The position numbers and the translations under genes are program-made. The notes below the pieces were generated by a model, which was not told the DNA's origin, did not search any database, and worked only from the letters and a program-made list of their open reading frames with translations. A stretch of 64,000 bases of DNA, from the NCBI GenBank assembly GCA_030265395.1, contig JARFYF010000050.1:18934044-18998043 (forward strand), in the 5' to 3' direction. This document shows positions 12,750-27,620 of the stretch, in pieces. Each line of letters starts with the position of its first letter. The stretch's first letter is position 1. This DNA comes from Rhina ancylostomus (lineage: Eukaryota).

Positions 12750-13620
12750 CTTTGATGATGGTGGCCTTGTTCTGGTGTCTGATCTAGCATCAATACGGAG
12801 TATTAAGTTTCAGACAGTTCTTGGAGAGAGTGGAGGCACTAGTTGGGGAACAGAATTTGACTGAATGTGAAGACCACTGTTTTGGTTTTCCAAATAATTG
12901 TTGGAATGAACTTTTTGTATTGGAGAGATGGTCTAACAATTTAGAAGCAGTAAAGATGTCATTGACGTAGACTTGGGTGTTTTCAATATACAAATGTCAA
13001 GGGACAGAATCTAAATGAGAAATGGGTGAGGTTATGATCGTTTGGAGAAATGTGAATCCAGGTGAATGGTCCCACCCAGTAAGATATTGGAGATGGGTGA
13101 TGTGGTCATTGTTTCAAAGGCTATAAGAAGATTGAGAAGTGCAAGTCATACAGGCTATCATATATGACCTATTAAGAACAGTTCTGATACTGTGTGGGGT
13201 AGAAGTCTGATTTTGTATGCAGAAAAGATGAGCATCCATGTGGGAGGCCAATATAAAATCCAAGGAAAGGGGAATCGGGCATTGCTTTTGAAGAGAAAAC
13301 ATAAAGTTGGAGGGATCAGTAATTGGAGAAAAGTGCCAGTACCAGCTAATGTGAGAGCCATGAAGAACTCGAAGCCTAGAGGGAGGGGATTGCTGGAGTG
13401 AGAATTCTGAAAGACTGTTGGGGAGTGTTGAAGCCATTTGGCCCAAGATTGCAATATGTGTAAAACATTGCAAGCGCTTGGCATTATTTTGACCTTTAGA
13501 TTTAGTATTGGGGAATGAGCTGATGCTTTTAGGATTTGATTGTTTGGGGCCAGAGGTTGGAAAGTCACAGGGTAGTGAAATTGTGACAAAGGATAAAATT
13601 AGAAGTTAAAGGTGAAGGAA
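12750..13620 (-). mobile_element. Ancient L2-like LINE RT fragment
   Basis: Minus strand aaatcagacttctaccccacacagtatcagaactgttctt resembles QSGFRPxHSTETAL; NTQVY resembles DDTQLY. Heavily decayed. Confidence 0.45.
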
Positions 13621-13898
13621 GTGGGTATCTAAAGTCCTGATGCACTAAATACATGATTTGCATGGCTTCACATGTCTATTATCAAAAATGTATTGCACCG
13701 TGATTTGTTGCATATAAGTCTGTAATAACAATTGGTACATAATAAAATCATGTGCCCTACTCCATAGTTCATAAGGACCAAATCTGATGGTTCCTGAAAA
13801 TCTGTAATGGACTGTGATGCATAATTAATGAAGCCTGCTGATATTTTTGTTTGCAGACAGTATGTCATCTTTACTAATCTGCTATTAACAATATTGTT

Positions 13899-14576
13899 TT
13901 ATTCCAAAATAAAATTTATTCATCATAGAAAACTGTATACAATAAAACAGTGCAAATCTTTACATTTGTGTACAGATCCATCATTAGTGTTGCCTTTTTT
14001 TAAAAAAGCACTGATGCCACTTGTGTGGCTCCCTGGGGGCTACCCAGTCCCGTATCTACAATACTTAAGGGGCTTTCTTGCCTGACCCTGCCTCTCTCTC
14101 CCCAGTGTCAGTAGAACCCTAAACTCTAGAGTTTCCCCACTGAGCCCTCGCGTTGACTGAACCCAGCTTCAGTGCGTCCCTTAGCACATACTCCTGAAGC
14201 CTGGAATGTGCCAGTCGGCAGCGTTCCCCCACAGACATCTCGCAGTGCTGAGAGACCAAGTTTCAGGCAGACAAAAGGGTGTCTTTCACAGAGTTGATGA
14301 CTTTCCAGCAGCAGTTGATGTCAGTATGTATGTGTGTGTGTGTCCTCAGGAACAGCCCATAGATCAGAGAATCCTGTTACATGGCTACTGGGGATGAAAT
14401 GTGACAAGGAGCCTTGCATCTTTCATCACACCCTCCTCGCAAACCCACAGCCCGTAAAGAGGTGGGTGACCAGCTCATCCCCAGTGCAGTCCTCCCAGGG
14501 GCAGCGTGTGCTGGGAGTGATGTTCCGACCATGCAGGAAGGATCTGACTGAGGGCCCCTCTCGCTGCAGCCAAGTG
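13899..14576 (-). mobile_element. 5'-truncated Tx1/L1-clade LINE 3' end with 8-bp target-site duplication
   Basis: Homologous to 57483-58168. Decayed ORF2 C-terminus (DINCCWKVINSVKD...QEYVLRDALKLG), 3' AATAAA and A-rich end. ATATTGTT flanks both sides (13891-13898, 14577-14584). Confidence 0.8.
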
Positions 14577-15435
14577 ATATTGTTCTATCTATCAGCTGAA
14601 CACATCAGCTGGAGCATTGAATGGTTATCTTGTACTAAAGCTATGCTATACTCAGTGTTACCTCCTTAAAGGAGTGGTATGTTGTGGCTGAGATGTGGAG
14701 AGCCATGCGAGAAGTGAATCTGATTTGACTAATGTTGGAGAAGATTGGGAAGTGGGGTGGGGGTTTGTCAGAAACTTCAGATGTTGCTTAGAAGGATGTG
14801 GAGAAAGATGGAAAGTAGGGGAGAGATTCTGTATCCTCGAGCAAATAGACACGTACTCAGAAGGTGGTGCAAATGGGCAGCCCACTTATTCTGTTCCTTT
14901 TGAAACACTTTGCTCCACTCAGCAAGATTGATTGCTAAAATTCCTGCTCTGTCATCTGGCTACCAACCATTTCTTATAGCAACCCACTGCTGAACATAAT
15001 GACCAGCCTTTTTCATTGCCAGTGTTCTGCTATAATAGCATTCTCTCACACTTTTTCTTTGGCATGGAACTAAACGTAGAGAGATGTGGGGGAAAAATCT
15101 GGTTATTGTCTAAGATGCCTCCCCAAAGGCTCCAGAAAATGGCACCTTGTTGAGGAAGTACTGGGATCCAAGCAGGTATTGCACAGAATCAACAGAGGAG
15201 GGAAGACAAATTGCTGAAGAATTTCTGCATGAAATGGTTTTCAAAAAGCTGAAAGTTTGATCTGTGACAGAAGCTTCCTATTTTCAGTTCAAAGCATCTC
15301 TGGGCAAATGTGCAAAATTGTTCAGTACAAGTATTTTTTAAAGATTTAAGTTTTTGGATTAATTTATCAATTAATTACTAAATGTTGTACCACTCAAATG
15401 GAAAAATTATCTTAAGCTTTTTTCTTGTTTTTCAG

Positions 15436-15520
15436 ATCTCCTGTACAAATAAGTAGCACTCATTCTGAGGTGATTTGGTTTCCTGCTTCTACTGGTGTTA
15501 CATACCTGAGCTACTTGGAG
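15436..15520 (+). other. SLC16A3: Candidate internal 5'UTR exon of SLC16A3 (85 nt)
   Basis: Acceptor ttttttcttgtttttcag|, donor GAG|GTATGT, no ATG inside, non-repetitive-looking sequence. Confidence 0.45.
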
Positions 15521-15939
15521 GTATGTAGGAGTAGCTTGGAATTGCTCTACCATAGATTTTTCATATGGGGAGAGGTCTAGCCTCCATTGTGTATTTTCTC
15601 CAGATAACCTCTAGGGATTTGAGTGATCACCATGTGAGAAATGGATTTGAATGTGATTTGTGCCTTTCATCTTTCCTCACTTAATATCTTAGCCTAATTT
15701 CCTTTTCACTTGTGTATTTGTCCAGCCTCCCTTTTAAACATATATCTATTATTTGTTTCTCTCTTCCTCTGAAAGCAAAATGGAGATGCAAGGGATTACT
15801 GCAGATGCTGGAGAAGTGCTTCCCCCTCTGTGATCTCTACCATTTATGAAGTCTTTTTTGAGGTATGCTTGCCCTGAAGAAGTTTTTCCCCTCTTTTAGG
15901 GAGTTATGTGAGGCTCTCTCACTGCTCCCCTTCTGTGAT

Positions 15940-16045
15940 CTGTCCTGATGAAGAGTCTCAACCTGAAACACTGACTGCTTATTTCCCTCCATAGATGCTG
16001 TCTGACCTACTGAGTTCCTCCAGTATTTTGTGTATGTTGCTCTCT
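15940..16045 (+). mobile_element. Penelope-like terminal repeat with degenerate hammerhead core
   Basis: ctgtc-CTGATGA-agagtctcaacct-GAAA-cact-gactg followed by ccatagatgctg...ctgagttcctccag. Confidence 0.7.
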
Positions 16046-17584
16046 GGAAGCAAGTTCCAAAGAGTGAGAATGTGAATAAAGAAGCTTCTTCTGAATTCCC
16101 TATTGATTCCTTCATGACCTATATTTTAATAATGTTCTGTAGTTAAGCCTTTCCCCACAGTGGAAGCCTTCCATGTCCACTTTATCAAAACCCACATTTT
16201 AAAGATCTCTTGAATTACCCTGCAGAGACTACTTTCCTGGTGAATGCCCTCACATTCTGGTATCATTGTAAATCTTTCTATATTCTCCATGGAATGCATA
16301 ATATTCATCTAACTAAGGATTAATAGAGGTTTAGCTAAACTTCCCTACTTTTCATTTTTACCCCTCCTAGGAATGAACTTAAAATACTTGATTTGCTTTT
16401 TCTTAAATATCCTTGCTAACTGTGATTAAATCTGGTGAGGTGGATTTGTGTATTTATGTGCCACGATATGTTCCTTAGTAAGTGATTACAATTCAAAGTT
16501 GGTTGTCTGGAACTGAAACTGGATTGAATTCCAGGCTCCAGGAGTACAACAAAATATTGTCACTCAACATAAAACAGAATGTGACTGTTGGGAGGGGACA
16601 CACTAGACTATTTGTTATTGGTCAAACCATGCTTTGTTTTTGTATGAATTTTTATTACAACAACAAAATTTATTAGTGTTCATTGCAATTACCAATTTAA
16701 ATTGACATTTCTAGCATTAAGTATGATGATGCCATCAATAATTCTCTGCTTCTTCACTGTTGCAATCTTTAATTTTGCTGTCTACAATGAATTAGTAATT
16801 TGAATGTCTGGTCTTTGGTATTAATCTGTCTGTAAGGACCATTCAAAATGTTAAGTCATAATCACTTGGAACCTGAAAACTATTATTTTGTTTAGTACCT
16901 TTTTTAAAATGGATTGCTTTCAAAATGAGAGTAAAAATGTGCCATTTTGTCACTTTCCAAAATTTTATTCTGTTTTCAGTAAACTTGTGTAGATATAATT
17001 TAGGGAGAATTTCAACCACTTTGGTTTATGATATTTAAATTCATGGTATTAAACTAGAAGTTTATCCAATTTTTCTTTTATTTTCTACATAAAATGATAG
17101 TTGTTTACAAGTTACTTTTGCTTCCTTGTTTGCTTTTTGTGGATTCTTCAACCTGAGATGTTGTTTGCCACAGAGCCTGTTTGGTCTCCATGTGCAGATT
17201 TTTTTAAGACATATATATCATTCATCATGAAAGTAGAGTTGGAGACTTTGCCTTGGCCTATCATCATTAAAAATATTTAAACCTAAGATGTTAAGCTAGA
17301 AAGAGCTGTTTTGCACCTTCCACCTCCACTATAGTAATGTGGAGTGTCCGAATGCCATTGTTACACCTCCAGCATCTTTAGTTGATTTCAATCTAAACTG
17401 ATGTGGCAGGATTCTGTGATTTGAGTGTAAAGGATAACCTATTGAATAATTTCTGGTAAGTTGGTTTGATTAAAATTTTAACAATCATGCATGTGAATTA
17501 TTCTCAACATGTATTCAATTTTGTCTGCATTCTTCTGGTGTTAATTGTTTTACTATGCTGCAGACATCGTAGGTTACAGGTTTC

Positions 17585-18060
17585 ACAAGACAAAGGAGCA
17601 GAAGTAGGCCATTCAGTCCATTGAGTCTGCTCTGCTACCTCACCATGAGCTAAACTATTCTCCCATCTAGCCTGAGTTCCTGGCCTTTTTTCCCCATATC
17701 CCTTGATACCTTGACTAACTAGATACTTATCACTCTCCTCCTGAAACTACCCCAGTGATTGGGCTTCCACAGCTGTACATGGCACNNNNNNNNNNNATCC
17801 ACGACCCTCTAACTGAAGAAATTTCTCCTCATTTCTGTTCTAAATGGATGCCCTCTAATTCTAAGACTGTGTGCCCTCCTTGTCCTGGACTTTCCCACCA
17901 AGGGAAACAACTTTGCCTCATCTACTCTGACCAGTCCTTTCAACATTCAAAATGTTTCTGACATCCCCTCTCATCTGTACTCTGGTGAGTACAGCCCAAG
18001 AGCCGACAATCGCTCATCATACATATTCTCTTTCATTCCGGGAATCATCCTTGTAAATCA
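17585..18060 (-). mobile_element. CR1 LINE 3' end fragment
   Basis: Minus strand ends gcagactcaatggactgaatggcctacttctgctcctttgtct, a CR1-type tail, preceded by decayed ORF2 C-terminal sequence. Confidence 0.7.
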
Positions 18061-21000
18061 GTTTATTTAAACTGGATTATCATTAACCTGGCATTATTTG
18101 GTGCCAAGTTAATGACAGCAGAAGAACTTTTGTTTTAACATGAACTATCTCTTAAAAGTGCTCTACAGCATCCTACTGCATGGATGAAACATTTACCTAA
18201 ATATTCTAATTACTCCCGAGTTTAGCAGGCACTTTTATGGTGTTGACTCTATTATAAATGCTCCCAGCGTCATTCACATAGCCTACAACTGGAGTTAATA
18301 TTGAAATTATAAGTTGTACTCTTGTCCTTTAGAGTGATAACAGATTTGAAAGCAGTGAAGTATTTGAAACTACATTTGTCAAACTGGCTAACATTTTAAT
18401 CTACAGTTAGCTTGTACAGCTATTCCTCTGACAATGAGGATGCACTGCAAGTGTCCTTATGAGCCCTGCCATGCCTTGATAGTTGGAATGTCATTGGAAA
18501 GGTTAAACATTTCAAACAAGTTAGATGCTGTGTCATCTAGTGCTTGTAATCCATCTTTTGGTTGGCTGTAATTTAATCATGCTTTGAAATCCCTGGAGAA
18601 ATGTCCCATTTGCTCCTTTTCATTTTTAAAGGCAGTGATCTTGTAACTGGTATAGTAAGAGCTGAAGATTGCTACTGAATGCAATATTAACTCAAAATAT
18701 CTTCCTCATTTTTCAAAAAAAATTGACAGGAAAGCTTTGACATCAAACAATTCACAAAATATTAATAAAACAATTTGAACTTTGCAATAAAATTGAAGGT
18801 TAACAAAGGTCACCTGGTGAATGAAATGGGTCAACCTTCTGTATGTAACACTTAATCATCCTTCTGTTGGGGAGGTGAGACCTGACGTGAAGCATTCTTT
18901 TTCAATTGCTGAATAACCCATTCTGAATTTTGTGTTCTCCTAAGTTGCAGAAAATTTATCTCAGATACTTTGAGAAGCTTGCAAATTCACACTGCTAAAA
19001 CTGCTTAAGGTATTTGTACTATCCTGTCACCTTTTCAGATTAGTTTCTCTCTGCAGCTACAAATTAATTGAGACAGCATCTCAAATCTTGCTGAGTATCT
19101 GGATTAGGGAGTGCTGTTTTCATATGGCTACAAGGATTAGTCAAAATATCAAGCAAACAACCAGTGCCACAGCTGCACTGAGATGACTTAGCATCTTCTA
19201 AAACATCTCTGCTCCTGTGATTAAACCACTTTTGTGGTGGGTTTCAAGATCTGTTGCCAAGATTAAACTATTCCTTGGCTGCAAGCAGATTTGGTTATTT
19301 TTCTGAAGGTTGCTTCTTTGTATGTATTTAATAGTGTAAAATTATTATCTTTAAATTTAATGAAGTAAGTGCACTGCAACTCTCTATAAGGGAATGGAAT
19401 TGGTAAAATCATATACTAAGGCACCTGCTGACTTTGAAAATTTCTCACGTACTCTGAGCAGCACACTTTATTGATTGAATATAGTTAAGAGTAGATTATC
19501 TGTTGATCCTGAAACCATAGTAGTTCAGGAAGGCCCCTAAACCAGTATTAGAGCAGTTGATGTGATAATTGCTACCAATTTCCTCTAACTATGCAGATTT
19601 AATTTTAAAGATCCATGTAGCTTTTCATGATCCTGTGGTTAATTCTAATAGATGCGCTTTTTATTGGAACACTTTTTGGCTATTCCAAAGATGTTTTTTG
19701 AATTCTGTAAATAATTGGGATGAGGGTCTTTAAATAGTCAGTAATTTTTAATTCTGTTTAGGGAGAAGTATTTGACACTGCGGAGTTGAATCCGTCAGCA
19801 TGTTCGGTTTACACCTGTATGCACTTGATACTTCCAATTTTATCTAGTGCATCTAGGAATGTATGCTGAAAGAATTTTTTTGTCTTAGCCAGGTTGCTGA
19901 CAGTGGTGCATGGGAATATTTGATAGACAAGTTGTCTGAGTTTTTTTTTGCTTTGTGTACACATCCTATCCAGGGAGTGAGAGAAATGCAGCCCTTGCTG
20001 ACAGTTTTCTGCCCACCTCTGTTGCCAACATAGAACACCTATTTTGAGGCACAGTCAAAAGTCTTTAACACTGAAATTAAAGATGTATGTATTTGAAATG
20101 GTTATTTCAGCATTTAATTTGAAGTAGGTTGGCATCGTTGTTAAAATTGAGCAGTAGAGCTAGAGGTTGTGAATACAGAAATTAGGCATGACTTCTGTAA
20201 TTTTCTTTACAGAAACTGAGACCATAGTATGATGAAAGCTTCCTAATAAACGCTCATTCAATCATTTCAAGTCCAAAGTAGCCCAAGTATCGAATTTTAA
20301 TGGGGTTGTGGGGCTTCTTGTTAAGAGCAAGATTACAAGTCATTATTTTAAGGTCCTCTACCGGTTACCATCATGCATTGGGCCTCTTCAGGCACGAGTG
20401 TGTGTGGGGGGGGGGAAGGGTGGAGAAAGATCACAGGCTAAGATCGTTTAATATCCTTGTGGAGAGACATGANNNNNNNNNNNNNNNNNNNNNNNNNNNN
20501 NNNNNNNNNNNNNNNNNNNNNNNNNNNNNNNNNNNNNNNNNNNNNNNNNNNNNNNNNNNNNNNNNNNNNNNNGGGTGGGGGGGGGGAAGGGTGGAGAAAT
20601 ATCACAGGCTAAGATAGTTTAAGATCCTTGTTGAGAGCCATGACAGTGCCAAACAATTGAAGCAATTCAAATTTTAATCAAACAGAGCATGACCAATGAC
20701 CAAAGTAGGTTTGAGCTACTTGGGAATTGTAATGTGACAGTGCTTTGTAGTGATAAAGTTGGTACACAAATGTACCATGGCATTATTGAAAGGTGATGCA
20801 CACTATTTTAGGGGTCTACATAAATGGTAGTTAATTTACACTGCTTTATGCAAAATTTTATTGCTGAGTGAAAATTGGGTTCTGCTTTGATGGTCAAAGC
20901 TATTTCATCACAGGGTTGACAATATTCCTGGAATTTTTATTCCCATGAACAGGTATTTCAAAATCAATGTGCTTTACTTCCTTGTCACTTAACAAGCCGA

Positions 21001-23251
21001 ACTTTTAACATGCCGAAGGTTGTCATTCTGAGCAAAACTCCTTTTAAAGCACCCTGTAATAATTGACAATAACTCCGTATCCTGACTCCAACTTGGCATT
21101 CAGATTCTGAATACTTAATAAATGTGTTCATGAATTATATATTGAGCTTGGTAAAATAATGTGTTTGAGTGCAGTGTCTCAGACTTGTTGCATTCCTTGA
21201 TTTGCAGATAACCAAGCTTGAATTTTAATATTATTCAGAAAGCTGTCTGGAATAGCTGTAAAATGTTATCCTTGACAGACAGGAGCTTGCATTTTACTAC
21301 AAGTTATCAGTAACTATGAATAGGGACCAAAGGCATCCAAATATAGATCTGACCTCTTGCTGTTGTGCATAAGAATTCCATCTCTGGCACTTCAGTGTCA
21401 AAATTGGTCCACAAAGCATATTACAGTACCAAGGTAATTGGGTTGCTGTACAAATTAGTGCATTATTTTCCCTCATGGGACAACAAAGTATTCTGTGGTT
21501 GACTCATTAGAACAACTTAGCCAACTTTTTCCTTCTGTGAAGCTATAGTGAGATGCTCCCTACTCCACAACTGTCATTGATTCCATGACTTGCTCTCCAG
21601 AGAGGAGAATGATTTTAAAGTAGCATGCCATTCCGTTCCTTGTAAAGTTCAAAACTAATGTCACAAAACTAATTTTGTTGTTGTTGCCTGATCTCCTGAC
21701 AGATGTATGAGTGATGGCTCCTTCCTTGCCTTTTAGAAGTTAGACAAACAGATGAAGAAATTCTGCTGATGTGCTAAAACCACTGAATCAAAATTCTTAG
21801 CTGTTGTCAATTTTCTTAATTTAAAAAATCTAATGCATTTTTGATCACCAGTTTTGGCATTTTAGTCAAGTCAATAAACCACTGAAGCACTTAACTTGAG
21901 CTTCTTGTAATCTTTTTAGCTTTTTAAAGGAAATGATGACTCTGAGCTTGTTTCAAAGTTGTCAGCCACAATTAGCATAAGCTGCCCTCAATGATTGACT
22001 GTGTCATACTCTTTACAGTTATCTGGGCAAAAATAACTATCCAAGGCCATCAAAACAAAGTCTGCAACATGAGATGTAAACTTTGCGTTTGAATCTGTTC
22101 ATTCTATATACAATTTGCATTTTTCAATCTTAAAGCAGACTAATGAGTTATGGCTTCTTAGTAGATAAAACTTGCCTTTTGTAGATTAGAATATCCTTTT
22201 AATTTTAGTTGACCAATGAAATTTTAGTTTGGAAGGGAGAAGTTGACTTTTCCCCGAGCCAAAATTGNNNNNNNNNNNNNNNNNNNNNNNNNNNNNNNNN
22301 NNNNNNNNNNNNNNNNNNNNNNNNNNNNNNNNNNNNNNNNNNNNNNNNNNNNNNNNNNNNNNNNNNNNNNNNNNNNNNNNNNNNNNNNNNNNNNNNNNAG
22401 AAGAAATGTGAAAAGGAATTTCCTCCTTTTATATTCTCAGCAAGTAGCCTGGAATCATAGGCTATGATGCCTCTCAGATGTAGATGCACTTTTCCCACAG
22501 GGTGCAGATAGCTTTGAGCTTTTCCAGCACAAAACCAAGTACAACATTTTGAATTAGTTTGCAAGAATGTACAATCATCTCTATCATTTGGTACACTCTC
22601 AATAAGGAATGTGAACATGCATAGATAAATATGCAATTAGTCCTAAAACACAGAATCAAAGAAGTGTTTGCACACAGCTAGTAGAGCACTGAATGCAATG
22701 GCAAAAAAAAACTCAAATTGATCACAACTTTGAAGGGAGGAGAATGTATAATTACGACCAGAATGTATAATTTTAAAGTGAGCATTTGTCTTTTAAAAGA
22801 AATCCTTTAAATTCTTCTGTGTGCACATTTGCATTTTCATCACATTATAATTGCACCCTCAGAACAATATGATCACAGTTTGCTGTCTACATGGACAATA
22901 TCCAGTGTAAATGTGAACGCTTTTATTAAGGCAAGCATGTACAGATGCAAAATGTGTGTATATATGAAGTTCTTAGAAGGGGGATGATACAAAATAGCAA
23001 TAGTGCCACACTTTAGATTTTGTTAAATTGTGTGCTGGATGCCCATTCAGTACCAGTGTTCTTGCTGCAATACATTCATAGCCAGGGTATTTTTCAACTA
23101 CCCAGAACTCTTCATCTTGAATAAAATCCTTTCATGAATGCAGATGTGTCTTTTGGCATTGGACTCTTAATCCCTTGACCAATAGATCCTCCGTGGTTTT
23201 TTATAAATGTTTTCACCAACTTCTCTTCCTTTGCAGGTATTGCCCTAAACC

Positions 23252-23474
23252 ATGGGTGCAGCAGTGGAAGATGATAAAACTCCTGAAGTGAAAGCCCCTG
23301 ATGGAGGCTGGGGTTGGGCAATTCTCATTGGATGTTTTGTCATCACTGGATTCTCTTATGCTTTTCCAAAAGCTGTTAGTGTTTTCTTCAAGGAATTAAT
23401 CAAGGAGTTCCATGTTGGGTACAGTGATACTGCTTGGATCTCTTCCATTATTCTTGCCATGTTGTATGGAACAG
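23252..23474 (+). CDS. SLC16A3: Monocarboxylate transporter 4 (MCT4), coding exon 1
   Basis: [22 protein letters not shown]...[16 protein letters not shown]...AMLYGT. Acceptor ttgcag| at 23236/7, donor G|GTAAGC. 223 coding nt, phase 1. Confidence 0.97.
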
Positions 23475-26400
23475 GTAAGCATTTATAGGGTAGAAAACAG
23501 ATGTGATTGAATTTTCACCATCTACCTTGGTCATTTACAGCATCTGTAGCTATAACTTTGGTTGTATGTTACACACATCACTAAACAAATCAAAGTAGAC
23601 AGTTTAACAGTGTATTTATATTTTAGAAAATCCTCATTGAAACAAATGTAATAAAATAGCTTCTCCCAGTTGATTTTGGATGCCCATTGTCTGTGCTTCA
23701 TTGGTGAAGCTGATTGGCAAGTGGCCCCAGTTTCACTAAGAATCAACAATAACTGCACTTCAAAGTAATTTATTGGCTTTGTGCTACTTTGAGATGAGGA
23801 CATGAGACTTGTTGCTGAAAATACTGTTAACTCATAACATTGTATTTTTTAAAAAAGTTATAGGAATGCAAATATTTGAGAACATGGGACAAACTTTCCT
23901 GATCCTTTTAGTTTTACAAAACCAGAAGTCTGTAAGGGCATATAGCTCATTACTATAGCTGTTGGTAAAAGCTTTTAGATGAACCCTCTTGGAAGCATGT
24001 AAAGGTCCACCTCCATTCTTTTATTTGTTCCAACTCTGTCAAGAAAATCTGCAGCTAAGCAATCAAGGCTTTGTAAAAGGAGCTATTTTCATCAACCATA
24101 TGCCTCATTCTTACCAATAAAATGGAGTGGCAGACTAAAATCTGTAAAGCAAAAAAACTCCAGCTGAATGGTTGTCTTGATTTCCAAGTGAGCCTTCAAT
24201 TGAATAGTCAACATTCCTGCATTTGACTGGTAGGAAGCTATTACAGTGGATATTGTTGATGCAGAGCACAATTCCCAGATGGGCAGAATATGCACCAGAA
24301 ATAGTGGACTGGGCTAATTGGGGTAGCTGAATACAAAGACAATACTATAACCAAATAGCTACGGTTCACAAGTTGGAGTAGGTCAATCAAGACATCAATA
24401 TCATGGATGCTGAGCCTTTTCTAGATACACCAGAGATAAATCTCCTAAATAATTCCACTAAAAATAGGAGCAGCACAAATGCAGCTCCTGCCTTAAACTA
24501 CTGCCTTTTGCAGTTTGATCTGTGATTGCTGACCCCTTCTAAACCTCCTTCCTCTCTCAATGAAATCCAGGGGGGCTGCTGAATTCCCCAGTTGGCAGTG
24601 CTTGATGGGCACTGGATCTTCACTAATAATGTGAGTGCTGGCCAATTGAAAAACCTGTTTGAACATCCCCTTGATGAACCTATTGTGTGTGTGTGCTTAA
24701 CAAACCACCTACTATCTGGTGACACAGTTCAAACAACTTGGCTGTACAATTGATTATACTAGTTCTTGCCCTCAATTTGAAAATGCAGTAGTTTTAGCCA
24801 GAAACTGCAGCTGCCTTGGCAACATGTGGTAAATGAATGTACCAGTTTATAATTAGCAACAATTCTAGAAGCCACTCCAAGTAAACCAGCATCTAATTAT
24901 TTAACAAAAGTTCTTGGTGTTCCCTTCTATAGACTATATCACTGCCAAAGAATGCTTAGATATGGGTTTACAATACAATTTGTATGCAGCAGGTGAAGGA
25001 AGGGGTAAATATTTAGAATACAAACAATTAAAAACATTTTCTATATTTGTTTGTATCTGCTCTTCAACCAGCTTCTTTTCAGTTGCAAGTGACATAAACT
25101 ATCAGATCAATTTTATGATTTTTAAACTTGACCATTCACAAACAGTTGCAGCTCACATAAAATGATGAACTTTGTCCTGCGCCTGTCAGTCTTCCTGTTG
25201 ATTTGCTGGTGAATTGCTATTCATCACTGACTGAACATGCAGATAATATCGCTGAGCTTATTCCTTCCTCTTCACAGTACCACTGCTTATCAGTAACTGC
25301 ATACACATTCTGAGACATTTAGGAAAACATTGCAATAACACAGTTTGGCTTAGTAACTTCCTAGTTTCATTGTTTTTTCAAACCAGGTGGTAGGTCATCA
25401 CATTCATCCAACTATTCATAAATTCTTGGGTTTGTTTACCAGTTACTACTGAATTTGCAAGAGTTCTACAATTATTCTTGGTTTTCCTAGTTTGGGGATG
25501 GGAAAATTGATCAAGGCCTCTTCTCCTGATGGTTATTGAGCAGCTCTCAAAGGAAGAGGAATATTCATTAAGGTCAAGTTCTAATGCAGGCAGTCTGACC
25601 ATTGGTGGAATGTTATCTTCAAGGCTCACATGAATGGTGACCACTTATTGTATTTTCTTGGTAATTGGCTCCCCGATACCAGGCATGAAGCCCACATCTC
25701 CACTTGTAACTAACTTGCTGCTGTTTACTTGATGCAGATGTGATCCTGTGGGGGGGAAAAACTAAAAGCTTGCACTTGAGGACACTTCTAATTGTAATGT
25801 GATAATGGAAACTAATAGTAGATTTATTTTTTCAGAATGGTGAGTTCCAAGCACAGACTTGCAGGCAGTCTTATTTGATTTTTCACTTTTGAGCAATCAC
25901 AGATGTACCATTTTATACTCAAATGAACAAAATTTCCCAGAACAACAGAACTACTTCCCTACATTCATGTTTATCTATTCCGTCATGTCAAATCCATTAG
26001 AAAATTCAACTATTTTGGTTTCTTTATCACTTTGAAACTCCAGATCTTTAGTAAATTTGTAGTTCTGTTGGGTGATGGCAGTGTTATCACCTGGGCAATG
26101 AGAAATTCTCCAAAGATGGACGTCCTCTTCTCCTTCAAGATTTCACCCATTATAAGGTTAATGGTGGCACTGTTCGATTGCATAGATATCCAGCTCTGTT
26201 TAGAATCTCTGGGTAATGGACTTGTCATTGCCCATATTAGCAAAACAGGGTGATGCTTGGGCTGATGAGGTGGTAAATGATATTAACAATGATAATCTCT
26301 GAAAAGTAAGGAGCTATGAAATGTACTCAACAATACTTCGTCCTAGTTATTACCTTCCCTGTTTAAAATTGCATAGCATTTCCAGCACACTTTCTCTAAC

Positions 26401-27476
26401 ACCTGCTGGAAGAAATATTGTGGAGTGCTACATGAGAAGAAAATGTAACAAATTGGTCAAAAGTGAGTGAATACATTTGTTAAAAGTCTCTTTTTAATAG
26501 ACTTGACCATATCTTTTTAGCTCTATAGTAAGACCAACAATGCTAGCTGTTATTCCGGTGCAATTGGGGAAAAATAGCAGAAGTGTGATGCAATTCAAAT
26601 AGCCAAAAATGGCTGTCCCAGCTGAGCTGGTTTGTAAATGGCTCTTGTACAACTGTCTGTTTTGCCATCAAAATGCTTTGAATGAAATGGTGTTGCTGTA
26701 TTTCTACAGTGGACACCAACTAATCATTTCAACTGTGGAGTGTGATGCCTTTTGCGCGCTTTAAAAATTGCCAATGAAAAGTTACTTGTGTTCTCTCAAT
26801 TTTCCCTTGCAGTCTGGCCTTCTGCTCTTCTATTTCTGAATGTGATTTGACATTGAATTTTTCTGAACTATTTGTATTTCTTTCTGTTTTGTATGATTTT
26901 ATTTAAATTCAAGTGCTTATAGGCATTATCAACTCTGTCCTGTTTTCCTCAGTCATTCTTGGTTCATGTGCAGCAACTTAAGTTTTCCCTGTATTTTGCA
27001 TAAAATGTGTGAGGAGAAGTCTACTTAAAAGCACATTGGAAAATACCAAAATTAACACTTCAGATTTCAATCATTCAAAACCTCACATTAATCTTTTTAT
27101 TTTTGCTGTAACTTTTCATGTGCTGTGAATCATCATTCCTTATCACTTTTATTCTTTTCGCAAAACTGCAGACCTCCTTCCCTCCTATCTAGACTTAAAG
27201 GTTATCAGAATTGTATAATCAATTTTGGTGGTAATCCACACAGTTGGCATTGGCCACTTCTCCCAGAATAATAAGTCCATTATCCATTTAATAGATGGAG
27301 ACTGTGGCCAAAATGCCAATCATGAACAAGAAGTTAGTTTTAGCTTGGTAATCTGCCCATCTTTTGAAATGAATTTTGCAATGGTTTCAAAAGCCTTCCA
27401 CGTGGCAGCCTTGTCTATTTTAGAAGTGTTTAATTCAGCACAGGTTACCTGACTTTTTTTTCCCCTCTCTTACTAG

Positions 27477-27620
27477 GACCCATATCCAGTATTCTTGTAA
27501 ATCGCTTTGGTTGCCGTCCTGTTATGATGGCAGGAGGCTTTTTTGCATCAGCGGGTATGATACTGGCATCACTGTGTACCAGCATTATTCAAATCTACTT
27601 AACAGTTGGAGTCATCACTG
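27477..27620 (+). CDS. SLC16A3: MCT4 coding exon 2
   Basis: (G)[47 protein letters not shown](G). Acceptor ctcttactag|, donor |GTAAGT. 144 nt; absent from the ORF track, translated by hand. Confidence 0.97.

Noticed and set aside
20400-20645. About 65-bp duplication either side of the 20473-20572 gap
   Set aside because: Looks like an error-prone contig-end overlap next to a G homopolymer, so most likely an assembly artefact.
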